DNA from: Octopus vulgaris
Lineage: Eukaryota
Direction: 5' to 3'
NCBI GenBank assembly: GCA_951406725.2
Contig: OX597816.1
Location: forward strand, 178,560,001 to 178,624,000
Length of the DNA: 64,000 nt
The position numbers and the translations under genes are program-made. Below, piece after piece: positions 37,093 to 51,700 of this stretch. Below the pieces are notes generated by a model. That model searched no databases. It saw only the letters and a program-made list of their open reading frames with translations, and was not told the origin of the DNA. Every line of letters begins with the position of its first letter. Positions within the stretch are counted from its first letter, which is position 1.

Positions 37093-40000
37093 GTGTATGT
37101 TTTTGTATAAATGTCACCTCAAGTGTCATTATCACAAGTAGCATTTGTTAATCCCCATGCTATTATCTATCAGCTTATCTCATCTATCCAACTCCATCTA
37201 TCTCACTCATCTCTCTTTTTACCTCTGTAATCCATATCATATCTCACTATCTAAAATTCCATACTAAACACCCTGTTCAATCTACCCAATTTGGAACTGC
37301 AGTTAAGTGGACCCTAGAGTCCTCAGCCTTTAAATTCAATATTCAACCACAGTTTGAGAATATTTACAAGAGTCATTGACACCGTCTCTTCCTAATCTGA
37401 TAAACTTCAAAAACAAGGGTAATCTTCAGAGTCATCAATTCAGATTATCTTCAGAGTTGTCGTCGTCATCGTCGTCATCGTCATCATCATCATCGTCTAA
37501 CGTCCGCTTTCCATGCTGACATAGGTTGGATGGTTTGACTGAGGACTGGCAAGCCAGAAGACTGCACCAGGCTCCAATCTGATTTGGCAAGGTTTCTACA
37601 CGATGATGCCCTTCCTAACATCAACTACTCTGAGAGTGTTGTGGGTGCTTTTTATGTACCACCGGTGGTACTGGCATCAACCATATTCAAATGGTGCTTT
37701 TTATGTGCCACAGGCATAGGAGCCAGTCAGGCAGCACTGGCTTCGTGCCAGTGGCACAGATAAATGGATAATAGACTGTATCATGGGCTTTTGTGTGTTT
37801 GTTTGTTTGTTATGGAAACTTTCAGCTATGATAAACAGGTAAAACAGTACGATAGTCTCTTTACCTTTTTGCCTTTTACTTGTTTCAGTGATTAGACTGT
37901 GGCCATGCTGTAGCACTGCTACGAAGAGTTTTAGCTGAACAAATCGACCCCAGTATTTGTCTTTTAAGCCTAGTATTTATTCTGTTAGTCTCTTATGCCA
38001 AGCTGCTAAGTCACAAGGATGTAAATAAACCAACACCAGTTATCCCACACACACACACACATATATGTGTTGGGCTTCTTCCAGTTTTCACCTACCAGAT
38101 CCTTTCACAAGGCTTTGGTCAGCCTGAGGCTAAAGTAGAAGACTTCTGGATGGAAGCACTCCGTCGGTTACGACGATGAGGGTTCCGGTTGATCCGAATC
38201 AACGGAACAGCCTGCTCGTGAAATCAACGTGTAAGTGGCTGAGCACTCCACAGACACGTGCACCCTTAACGTAGTTCTCGGGGATATTCAGCGTGACACA
38301 GAGAGTGACAAGGCCGGCCCTTTGAAATACAGGTACAACAGAAACAGGAAGTAAGAGTGAGAGAAAGTTGTGGTGAAAGAGTACAGCAGGGATCACCACC
38401 ATCCCCTGCCGGAGCCTCGTGGACCTTTAGGTGTTTTCGCTCAATAAACACTCACAACGCCCGGTCTGGGAATCGAAACTGCGATCCTATGACCGCGAGT
38501 CCGCTGCCCTAACCACTGGGCCATTGTGCCTCCACTAGAAGACTTCTACTCATCACAGCAATATCTGCAAGACTACGGTTGCCAAAGCAAAGGATACCTT
38601 CATGCATAGCAGACCCTCAAGCCTTACTATGAACCAAATTGCAGCAGTGCTTTTGATTTTTTTGCCAAGAGAACCTCTAATACTATTGTGGAATCCTCCA
38701 ATTTACCACTCCCCAACTTCTGCTGAAAAAGACTCCCTGTTTGCTGTCTGCTTCCCTTTAGATACTACACTTTATACTTTTAAGAAAACTCCTCCACAAC
38801 TATTCTTATCCATGCCCTAAAGTCCTAAATGAACAGATCCTTCTGAAAAATAAGGGAGCTAATCCTCATAGCCTTTCCTTCTATCATCCTCTAACAATGC
38901 ACTCTAGAGCAAGTCTCTCTCCTCATCAAACTCTTCAGTTTCTCTCTCTCTCTCTTTCTTTTCATGAATCTATCTCAATACAGTTCAATATTTAAGAGAT
39001 GATAAATAATGTACATTATTTACATTATTTACAATTGACAGATATTTGTCCTCATCTTGTTTGTTGTTAGTACAACATTTCGGCTGATATACCTTCCAGC
39101 CTTCATCAGATGTCCTTTTGGGGAAATTTCGAACCTGGGTTCTCATTCCTAAGGTATTTTTTGATGTTTTTGTTTTTGTTGTTGTTGTTGTTGTTATTAT
39201 TCTCTATTATTCAAGTCACTGCCTAGAATCGAACTCGGAATCTTGGGGTTAGTAGTCCGTGCTCTTAACCACTATGCCATATGCCTGTGGGCACTACACC
39301 ATATGTCCATGGGCATATGGCGTAATGGTTAAGAGTACAGGCTACTAACTCCCAGATTCCGAGTTCGATTCCAGGCAGTGACCTGAATAACAACAACAAC
39401 AACAACAACATCGAAAAATACCTTAGGAATGAGAACCCAGGTTCAAAATTTCCCCAAAAAAGACACCTGAAGAAGGTTGGAGGAGGGTATATCAGCCGAA
39501 ACGTGTTAACAACAAACAAGATGAGGACAAATATCTCTCAATAGTAAACAATGTAAATAATGTATCTATCTCAATGTTTGAAAAGATACCACAGTATATT
39601 CCCTCTTCTAAAAGAGTAATTTCTCTGACCTTGCCAGCTTATAGCTACTTTTTCAACATTTTATCACCTAATGTCTCTCTCCTTTCCCAGTAATCATCAA
39701 TATGGTTTCCATAGAGCCAGCTATACTTCAGACTTCTCTTCTGTGTCACTTACCAAAGGTCCCTGCCCTTGAGAAGTTCAATGATAGCAATGTTGCTGAA
39801 TTTAGACATCTCCAAAACCTTCAACGATGTCTGGTCTGAGATCTTCCTTGCAATATTGCTACCCATGCTCGACATCTGTCTCTTGTTTCTTGGATGGGAA
39901 TTTTAGACCTTACTATTGCACTGTTTGAGGATGGAGCTCTTCCCAATCCACATTCTACCAACTTTGTATGTGTTCATAATAATGAATCTCTTTTGGTAAA

Positions 40001-43000
40001 TAGTGCCCCAAATTTTAATTAATGTTAGACTTCAATAAGTAATTACTCATGCTGAGTTAAAAATAAAGACTGCTTACCTTGGAATGATTTAGCTGACACA
40101 TCATTCTTGACATGAACACAGGTATAAATAGGCAAAGGTATATTTCCACCTCTTACTTTCATTTGTTGGTCACTTAATTTACTCTTTTGTCTCTGAAGAA
40201 ATAGAATATGTGATTCATTAATGGGGCTTTACTATTATTTAGCTTCAAAATATGATAAAATTTTCATTGTATTACAATCAGTTTTCAGTGATCAAAATTG
40301 CAAGGATTTGAGAAAATTTGAAAAATTGAATAAACATTAGTTATGGAAGCTTTTGTATTATGTCAGGTCCTTAGCTCAATGTGGCTGTGAGCAATATATT
40401 CATCTGGCTGTCAGAGTTCATCTGGCTGTCAGGGGAAATACAAGCACATCTGGGAAAGTTATTTGTAATAGAGTGACATTTTATCTAAGGGTCAGGTCTT
40501 TCTTTCACCAGCTCAGTACAGCAGAAACAGAAAATGAATACCTTCTCTGTTAATTCTGTAGGCTAAATTTAACTGTATAAGGCTAGACTTTCTTGCTATC
40601 ATTAAATAATTTAGATCTGAACAAATTTTCAATTTTCTTCATGTTAGAGCATCAGCTAAACAGAAGTAATACTCTGATATTTGAAATTATTTCAGACATT
40701 ACATATAAATATACTAAATGTTGTGAAAAAAGGATATAAGATTGATCAAAAACTTCTACACATTGCAGCAATAGGCACACTGAAATACTGTTTTCGTTCT
40801 GCCTCTTCTAGCAGTTATGTACGACTTCATTCACCCAACTTTACTTCCTTCCTTTAACCTTATCATCTCTGAAGCCTAAAACTATATTCTAAACACTATT
40901 TAATCCTATGTCCCCCAAAATTCAATTTGCTACAAACCTATAATGTACCACAGATCATGTATTAATTGAAAAAAAAAAGGTATATAAACATGTCCAGAAA
41001 GTTTCACTCAATTTTGGTAAAACTTAATAAACAATAAGTAGGATAAAAACAAAATCATTAAATATGTTATTAATATTCATCATATTTGACTGTAAAAATT
41101 TATAGTGTTTTTAATATATAAAGGTATGTTGCTCAGTGTTTAGTGTGTTGGACTCATGATAATAAGATCATGGGTTCAATTACTGGACTGGGTGGCACAC
41201 TATGTTCATGAGCAAAGTACTTCATTTGATGCTGTTTTAGTCCATTCAGCTCAAACTGAGTTCCATCTGAATGCTGGTGCAGCATCTTTCCCTTCACATC
41301 TTTAATGCTCAACTGAGACAAGGATGGAAAGGGTTGAAACCATGTCTATGTTTGTCTGTGACTACATAGGTATCTTAAACAGTTAGCAAAAGTATGCTAC
41401 TTGCCACTGCATCATACTTTGCTTCTTTTTATGGGATAACAATACTTTGTTTTACAATAAGAATGCAAAAAAGAACAATGAATCTAGAATTCTAGTTTGT
41501 TATAACTTAGTTTGGGGATAAATTGTTCCTCTTTATGATCAATGTACTTTTGCAATTAATTTTAAGTTTAAATGGGCATAATGAAAATAATTAATGCTGA
41601 ATAATTCCTAATTTTTACTGAAAATTGTCTGAAATTTTCTGGACATTGCATTTTAGAAACAGATGTTATATTAAGGTAAAAAAAAATAGTTACCCCTTTC
41701 AGTAATGTTTCTCCAACCAAAAGACCAAAAAAGTCTGTAAAACTAACAGGTTGACCAGTCCGTTTCTTCAACATTATTCGATCGATATATCGGTACATAC
41801 TATTTGGCTTAAGTAACCACAAAAGGCTAGGTTCTATGTTTTTTCTCAGTTCTTCATGGAGATTTTCTATCGGAGATTCTGGCCATTTCTTATGGGAATA
41901 TAATGATGAAATATACCTGTGTAATATAAATTGAAAAATATATATATATCACTTGCCATATGTATATCACACTAAATATATATGCACTACTGAAAGGCCT
42001 TATGCTGATATTTTTTTTGTCTGAGAGAAAAATCTCTTCGTAGACATGTTGTGAAAACACAATAGATATAAGTGAGTGATGAGAACATCATTGCAGCTTG
42101 TCAATGGCATGTATATATTTGTCACATGCTAAGACAAAATTTGTGCTTCAAAGTGTAGGAAATAGTGAAAAATGCATTCACTGATATTGCAGAAAACTTG
42201 CTGGGCTGTAAAAAAAAATCAGTGAATGCAATTGAAACGGCATTCGATTAAAACCACCATTTATGTATCATTGTCCTGATGAAACAAGACCCCTTTCATC
42301 AGTTTTCCTGGGTATTTGGTCTTGATAGGATTTTGATACTTAATTGCCTCAACAAGTTGGCATAATAATCTCCATTGAAGATAGTCAATAAACACAATTT
42401 TAAATCCCAAAACAATTGAGGCCATCACATTCCCTGCAGACATAACAACTTTGGCCTTCTTTGGAGCAGGTGAGGTGTAGGGTTTCCACTGCATGGAATT
42501 GTCTCTTTGTCTATGACTCAAAGTGATGAAACCAACTCTCATCTTGGATTAAGAAATGTTCAAGAAAACCAGCTGAATCTGACTCAAATAATGTCAGATT
42601 TTCCAATGATGTGACCAAGCTGGAGCATTTTTGATCAGGTGTCAGATGTGAACAGGAACTTTCATCATGCCAACTTCATTGTGCCGAATATTTTCAATTC
42701 TCTCACAGAGTATGGGCTATTTGATTTATAGTCAATACGTCACCATGTGGTGAACATGATCAATGTTTTCATCAATAGTGGCAGTTGCAGGATGTCCAGA
42801 CATCGGATCATCTTCAACACTCTCTGATCCCCTCCTAAGTTCAGTTACCTACTTTTGCACTGTTTATAAAGCTGGAGTGTCATCTCCTAATGTAGCAACT
42901 ATATCAGTATGAGTGTTGTTGGGGGCTAAAGCCTTTTTCTGCAGGTTTTTGATAACACTACAATGCCAAAGTTTGTCAATTTTCAAGAGAAGTCGCAACT

Positions 43001-45215
43001 AGTTGCTTTTGAAGTCTCCTTTGAACAGTCAGAGGTCAGTTTTCCTAGACAGAAACAATGCAATTAATGGAAATTAATGCATGCAAGGTTTCACAGTTTT
43101 GCATCACTCCTACACAGTCAGCCTATGAAGTTTTCAGCCCACCCTTGTAAAATCTTGGGTACCATTTAAATAAAAGAAAAGTAGATAGAATGGATAAAAT
43201 CAGAACTAATAGTGATTTTAAATTTTGGCTCAAGGCCAACAACTTCAGGGGAAGGGCTAGTCAATTACTTCAACTCTAGTGCTCAACTGGTACTTATTTT
43301 ATCAACCCTGAAAGAATGAAAGGCAAAAGTTGCACAACTTGTATAACTCAATATCCTAAAATATTATATTCTAATAACAAAGATTAATTTAAATATAAAT
43401 TATTACAAATCACAAATATAATTTACAAATCATAGTTACAAAATAAATTTATATTAATCACTTTATACTCAAATACAATATAATTTATATACCATTAAGA
43501 ACTCTAACTATTTCTATGATATTTATATAATATTTATATACTACATACAAACATAAAGACAAACAAAATGCTAACGATTCAGCCAGCTAGCACACCTTAA
43601 AAGTACCAGAACTAATATTATAAACTTTTTTTACTGATAATCTCATCTTTTGAGTGGAAAATATTTTTTTCAATATTTACGTGACAGGTACAGGCATGGC
43701 TCTGTAGCAAGGAGTTTGTTTCCCCAACTGTAAGGTTCCCAGTTCAATTGCAATGTGTAGCACTTTGAGCAAGTGTCTTCTACTATAGCCCTGGGCCAAC
43801 CAAAGCCTAGTGATTGGATTTGGTGGACAGAAACTTAAAGAAACCTGTCATATATATATATGTGTGTGTGTGTGTGTATGCATATGTGTGTGTATTCCAT
43901 AATTCTCAAGTTTGATATGTATTTTGACTCACATATAGTACCAACAATGGATACATATTGGTTAGAATATTGCCATAAGCAGATGTACTTCAAGAGGAAA
44001 CAGCTGGCATTTATGCCAAATAACTTGTATAATCTCTTCTCTATATAAAGACAGGTTAAACAAATTTGGTTTTTTAAATTTGCATCTCAAAGATAAAGTT
44101 GTCCATTAATAATTAAAAAATATATAATTTGCTATGAGAAATAACTCAACTCTCTCACTTTCTATGTCATCAATTTATCTCTTTTTTTGAAGGTCATCAC
44201 CGGCAGTGAAAGTTGGTGCTATGGAATTTGCAGATGTTGAAGAGATGAAGAAAAAAACGATAGAGGTGTTAAATGGCATCACTTCACAAGAGTTCCAGCA
44301 CTGTTTCAAACAGTGGAAAACACATATGGAGAATACTTTGAAGGCAATGAATGTATAAACATGTAAAACTAAGTGAATAACATAATACTGCAAAATTCCA
44401 GTTTCTTTGTCTGCCACCATGTTTACCCTAAAGGTTATAACACTCTCTATCATTCTCTCTCTTTCTATATGTATTATTATCTCTCATGCATTGCTTTCAA
44501 TTTGTTTAAAACAATCATTTTATGATAAACAACTTTTGGACTGTCTCTATTTTAAAACTATGATTAAAAAAGAAATTTTGAAAAAACCCAAACTTTTAGG
44601 ATTTACGAAGGGGTGAGGCCAACAAAAAATTTTAAAAGATTTTACTACTGTTTTTAAATTATGTTTCATTTTCTGTTTGAAAATAATGGAAGTGGGGATT
44701 GTAATGGTGAATCTCTGATTTCCAAAACTTTTTTTGTTTTTTAACCTTCAATACTTCAGGCATCATTTTCAAGTGCATAGTTTAGAAAATATTGATCAAC
44801 ATCAATACTGAGAGGAGGAAAGGGGATGAATTAATAAATTTTCAAATTTTTTTTTTTTACAAAAACAGCATCTTCCATTGTTTTTAAGTGCTTAGTGCAA
44901 AAAGAAATTGGACAAAACCAGTCTGGAAGCGGGTAGTGGGTGGGGGTGGTGTTTTTTAACCAATTTTGAACAATTTTTCTCGTAAAGCCTATCATTTGCA
45001 AGGGCGTGATGGAAAAAGAATTATGCATTGTTTTCATTTGGTTTAATACTTCATCTTTTAATGCTCACTTTCATTTTATGATAAACACAACCTTTTTTTT
45101 GATTTGGTTAAAATGGCCAAACTTTAAACTCTATAACATTTTTCTAAAATTTTTCTGGAATAAATCAATCCCAAACTTGGATTCAGCATGAAAACATACA
45201 TCAACACACCAAATT

Positions 45216-45277
<62 letters not shown>

Positions 45278-45305
45278 TATATACATGTATTTATATACTT
45301 GTATA

Positions 45306-45383
<78 letters not shown>

Positions 45384-46620
45384 GTTTAACGTCCGTTTTC
45401 CGCGCTAGCACGGGTTGGACGGTTTCGACCGGGGTCTGGAGAGCTCGGGACTGCCCCAGGCTCCAGTCTAGTCTGGCAGTGTTTCTACAGCTGGATGCCC
45501 TTCCTAACGCCAACCACTCCGCGAGTGTAGTGGGTGTTTTTTACGTGCCACCTGCACAGGTGCCAGAGGGGTCTGGCATCGACCACGTTCGGATGGTGCT
45601 TTTTTTTTATGGGGGGGGTGCAGAAATATAGGGGAGCACCAGTGGGAGGGGTGGTTCAGAGGACAGGTAATAGGCAAGTAGAACGTAGGATATCGAGAGA
45701 GGGGTAATGCATGGTGAAATAGCGTATTGAAGAGGGGGGTTCAAAGAGTAGACACCTATAATGGTGGTGGGGGGGGTGCAGAAATATAGGGGAGCACCAG
45801 TGGGAGGGGTGGTTCAGAGGACAGGTTCTAGGCAAGTAGAACGTAGGATATCGAGAGGGGTAATGCATGGTGAAATGGTGAAATAGCGTATTGAAGAGGG
45901 GGTTCAAAGAGTAGACACCTATAATGGTGGTGGTGGGGGTGCAGAAATATAGGGGAGCACCAGTGGGAGGGGTGGTTCAGAGGACAGGTTCTAGGCAAGT
46001 AGAACGTAGGATATCGAGAGAGGGGTAATGCATGGTGAAATAGCGTATTGAAGAGGGGGGTTCAAAGAGTAGACACCTATAATGGTGGTGGGGGGTGCAG
46101 AAATATGGGGGAGCACCAGTGGGAGGGGTGGTTCAGAGGACAGGTTCTAGGCAAGTAGAACGTAGGATATCGAGAGAGGGGTAATGCATGGTGAAATAGC
46201 GTATTGAAGAGAGGGGTTCAAAGAGTAGACACCTATAATGGTGGGAGAAACGACATCCGGTATAGTTGGAGCAAAATAGAGATATCCGGTATTGGTGGTG
46301 GTGGTGGGGGTGGGTAGGGCGGGCGCGCCGCGAAGAACCGGCAGCCAATTTCTAATCAGCCCCGTAAGGGAGATAGAACCTAAATATCTATAACGATAAC
46401 TAGTGAATTATACAGAATATGCAAAAACGAGGCGAGGCTGAAATAGTAAACAGAGTGGCGACTAGGGGGATCAGAATAATAATAATTAATAAATAATAAT
46501 AATAAATAGAGATACGGATGAATTAAAGTTCAAAGATTTCTTATCTTGGGATCACTTCGTTTACGGACAGACTTGGCAAAAGGAGTTCGGAATCAAGAGT
46601 GAGGCAGGTTACTAGCTTAA

Positions 46621-46661
<41 letters not shown>

Positions 46662-46662
46662 C

Positions 46663-46720
<58 letters not shown>

Positions 46721-48725
46721 TTCGCTTCAACCCATACAATTCCTTATTTTCCATAAAAATTAATTTTTTACTTCCTGCCCATCGTATTAAGAAATATAAT
46801 TTGCGTTACCCAGTTATTTTCATTGGTTACTATCTTTTGCACATGTGTATTACTGTGTACATATATAACCATGCCTAGAAGGAAAGTGGCAAGGTCAGCC
46901 AAAAGAATGTCTCTGTCCAGGGAAAGAGAGGCAGCTGCTGAAAGGGAAGCTTACAAAAAAAAAAAACGAACAGACTGTGCACCATAAAAGCCAGAGCATC
47001 TCAAAGTGATGAACAGAGGTAAGCACAGCTGATAAGGAAAGGATCTCCACTGCAGAACGAAGAGCAGTTGCAACAGCTCAGAGAAGCAACTTCTATGAAG
47101 CAGCTTTCAACTATGATCCTGCAGTTCATTATGCAGATAACACTAGAGTTTCCATTGGTGCAATGACAACCGAGTGTATACATTGTAAAGCAAGGAAGTG
47201 GCCTAGAGAGACACCTGCACTGTGCTGCAGTGGTGGAAAGGTTAAACTCCCTGCAGTCCTTCAGCCTCCAGAGCCATTGAAGAAACTGTTGTCATCAACT
47301 GACCAAGATTTCAAGCACTTCCAAAACAAAATTAGACAATACAATGCTGCACTACAGATGACACCATTTGGAACCACAAAAGATTTAACTGACCCAGGAT
47401 TCATGCAAACTTTCAAGAGTCAAGGTCAGATTTATCAACGGATTGACTCTCTACTACCTCTGTCAAATGAATCACCAAATTGGCCTTTCATTGTTTATAA
47501 TCTGTACCTATTTTTTTAGTTACAAAATAAGCTACACAAAACGTGTTTTTGAATTACATATATTTACTTTATATACATATATGAGTTGAAAGCTTTCTTT
47601 TAATATTTCACTTAACGTCTATGTTCCATGCTGGCATGGGTTAGAGAATTATTACTGTAGAAAGTTGGTATCTCAGCTACTAGCAGTTGAGACCTGTGTA
47701 ATCTAGACAGCGTTTTTAAATTTCATTATTCTCTTTAACCCACGCAACACCAGGTATTTCTACTAGTATACATATATATATATGATGGACTTCCTGTTGA
47801 AGACAACAGACGAGGGTTCGTTTTGCTGAATGCTCTGCACAAATGATTTGTTTATGGAGATCAACTGTTCATGCCACACATTAGCTCACTTTCTCTTCAT
47901 GAAATTGATGTTGTCTGACCAGGTGCATGGTCTACAACATATCGGGTGTCAAAGTGATTGTAGATCAACATGAGATTGAAGTGTTTTGCTCAAGAAAACA
48001 ATGCATCAGCCGGTCTAGGAATTGAAATCAAGATCACTAGATGGTGAATGCAACACCCTAACCACTAAGCCATGTGCCCTCCAATATGTATATCTATATC
48101 TGAATGCATGCCGTGAACTGAAAGAATGGTTGGAAGGTAATCTGGACCATGTTTGCCCTCGAGGTTATAACAAACAAGACTAGTTTTAGAATAAGACTTA
48201 AGAGTATATTTAGATGTAGAATAGAGAAAAGGGGCCATGTATAAAAGCAGTTACTTACCAAGAGGAACCTGAGAGACCTCCTAGATATGTAACACTGTCT
48301 AATATTTTACTTTTCTGCAATGCATTGAGAACTCCACTGAATCCAACCATAGCTCGGAAACCACCTCCAGATCCAATTACAGCAATATTTGGTACCTGTG
48401 GAACATAGTTGGAAAGTCTGAATGTAATTTTTGTGTTTAGGTGTGTGTATATGTATGTGCGTGTGTGCATGCATATTTATGTATATGCAAGTATGTATGT
48501 TTATATGCATATGCACGTATATATGTGTGTGTGTGTGTGTGTCTATGTGTGTATTTATACACACACACACACACATGTGCACATACACATGCATGTTCAT
48601 AAACATACACACAGAGAAGTATGTATAATAGTGTGAACATGTTACCCTAAACAGAATGTGTATAGCATTGGTATTATGTTTTGAATTTGATTTGTGTCTG
48701 TCTTTAATCATTTGTGTGTTTATAT

Positions 48726-48770
<45 letters not shown>

Positions 48771-51700
48771 TACATACATACATGCATGCATGCATACACA
48801 CATACATACATACACACACACATACATACATACATACATACATCCATACATACAAACATACATACATACATCCATACATACAAACATACATACATACATA
48901 CATACATACAAACATACATACATACATCCATACATACAAACATACATACATACATACAAACATACATACATACATACATACATACATGCATGCATACACA
49001 CATACATACATACATACATACACACACACATACATACATACATCCACACACACAAACATACATACATACATACATACATACATACAAACATACATACATA
49101 CACACACATACATACATACATACATACATACATACATACATACATACATGCATGCATACACACATACATACATACATACATACATACACACACACATACA
49201 TACATACATCCACACACACAAACATACATACATACATACATACAAACATACATACATACATACATACATACAAACATACATACATACATACATACAAACA
49301 TACATACATACAAACATTCATACATACATACAAACATACATACAAACATACATACATACATACATACATACAAACATACATACATACATACATGCATGCA
49401 TGCATGCATACACATATACTCTGTAAAGAAAAGGAATGTGAGTTTCTTAACCAGAAAAGTTATGCTGGCCCCTATGAGAATAATTTCTGACATTCAGACA
49501 CAAGTGGAGTATTTATTACAACTTATATCAGATTCAGAGACATGTAAATGTGGCTAACATGAAATCAAATCAAAACTTTTATAACTAAATGCAGTGTTAT
49601 TTAAATGGTGCAGTGGAAAATTATCTGAAGAAATGCCAATTCCAGAGCCATTTGTCATTGAAGTAGCCAAGGACTTTAACCAAAGGTATGGGTTTCATGG
49701 AGGCTGGTTGTTTTGGTTGGGTGGTTCAGAAACTCTAAAATATGATGACATTCTTTAAAAGATGACATGACATTTGTAAACTGCATTTGACTGGTAAAAA
49801 GAAGTCACAAGATACAGAGATTGGTGAAAATATGTGAGATTTTCATGCTCAAGTTTTAATACGCTGGTATATTTGATAATCCAGAACTGCACTGGTGCCA
49901 AGGGGACTGTATTTGTAAAAACCCCTTCCCCTCACCACACTTATACACCTTATTACATTAAAACATTAATTCAAGTATCACTTGAGTAAGGTATCATATT
50001 TATTATATTTACATACACATAGGCACAGGAATGGCTGTGTGGTAAAAAAGCTTGCTTCCTAACCACATGAATACAAGTTCAGTCCCACTGCATAGCACCT
50101 TGGGCAAGTGTCTTCCACTATAGCCTTGTGAGTGGATTTGGCAGACAGAAACTGAAAGAAACCCAAATATATATACATGTATATGTGTCTTTGTGTCTGT
50201 GTTTGTCCCCTCATTACCATTTAACAACTGGTGTTGGTGTGTTGATGTCCCCAAATCTTGGTGGTTCAGCAAAATTTATGCTATTAAATGGTTTTCCACT
50301 GATAACAATTTCCAGAAATGGAGAGGTTGTAGCAACTGTCAGCTCACTACCTAACTATCCTTATAATCCTTTCTACTCAAATTTTGGGTGGGAAGAGGCT
50401 AATCAATTACATCGAACCCAGTACATGACTGGTACTCATTTTATCGACCCTGAAAGGATGAAAGGCAAAATTGTCCTTGGGAGGATTTGAATTCAGAACT
50501 TAAAGACAGACAAAACGCTGCTAAGCATTTTGCCCAGTGTGTTACTCCTGCCAACTCACTGTCTTTGCCGTCCTTCTAAATCTATACAGTAATGGTTTCA
50601 GATTTAGGCACAATACCAACAATTTTGAGAGAACTGCACTGGTGCCAAGGGGACTGTATTTGTAGAAACCCCTTCCCCTCACCACAATTATACACCTTAT
50701 TACATTAAAACACCTTATTACATTAAAACATTAATTCAAGTATCACTTGAGTACTTTATTTTATAGACTTGTATTTTATTTTATAGACTTGTATTTTATT
50801 TTATAGACTTGTATTTTATTTTATAGACTCCAAAAGGCTGAATAGGACTTGGAATTCAAAATGTAAAGTGTTGGTACAAATGCCTTAAAGCAGTTTTTTC
50901 TGGCACTGTAGCAATTCTGCCAGGGTTCAATCTCCAACAAATCTACTACAATTACTACAAGCTTTAGTGACCATCCACAGGTGACCATCCACAGGTGTCA
51001 AGCAAACTTCTGCACTTTTGTCTTTTCCTTTTTGCACTTGGAGATTAATGAGGATGAATTGACCTCTTGATTTTTCTCTGGTCATGGAAGGATCAGAAAG
51101 ATAATTCTAGAGAAATCTATTCTGTTTGGTTCACCTACTTAATTACCCAATTCATAAATACTCTGTGAAATATTAAGTCACTCTCTTTTGGTCAATTTAG
51201 CTGCTGTCCAAGGAGCAAACTTTTGCTGTCTATGTGTGTGAAGATAGAACTTTTATTATCTCTAGCTGCCTATACTACTTTTACTCTTTCTCTATCTCAC
51301 TCTCTAGCAGTACAACGATGAAGCTAGCTTTCGCACAGAATGAACCATGGGTCCACAAAATATATTTTACTGCATTTACAGACAATGTATACACACAATG
51401 TCATGATGGCATATTGTTACAACTAATATCATGATTCATATTAAATAAATGACCATTTTTATAATTGGTTAATTGTTCTTCATTCATTCATTTCCTGCTG
51501 TATCATGATCATCATTCAAACCTCATTTTTAGTGACTTCCCAATTTCTCTTCAAATTATGTCATTACAAAGCTATTACCTTGGTAAACTATTCTGTCTTA
51601 TTTACTCATTGTTTTCCATGCAGCTGGTGTCCCTAAGTATTTTACACCAGTCTTTGTTTAAAGCCATCAAAATATATTAAAATATATTTAAAATATTAAT

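Noticed and set aside
39311-39384. tRNA gene
   Set aside because: A and B boxes are present but the acceptor stem is poor and the sequence continues into a repeat body; it is a SINE head. The same applies at 30204, 38535, 53893 and 60359.
48307-49557. Long ORFs of 233-336 aa in all frames
   Set aside because: Translations of the (CA)n/(CATA)n microsatellite, which has no stop codons; not protein-like.
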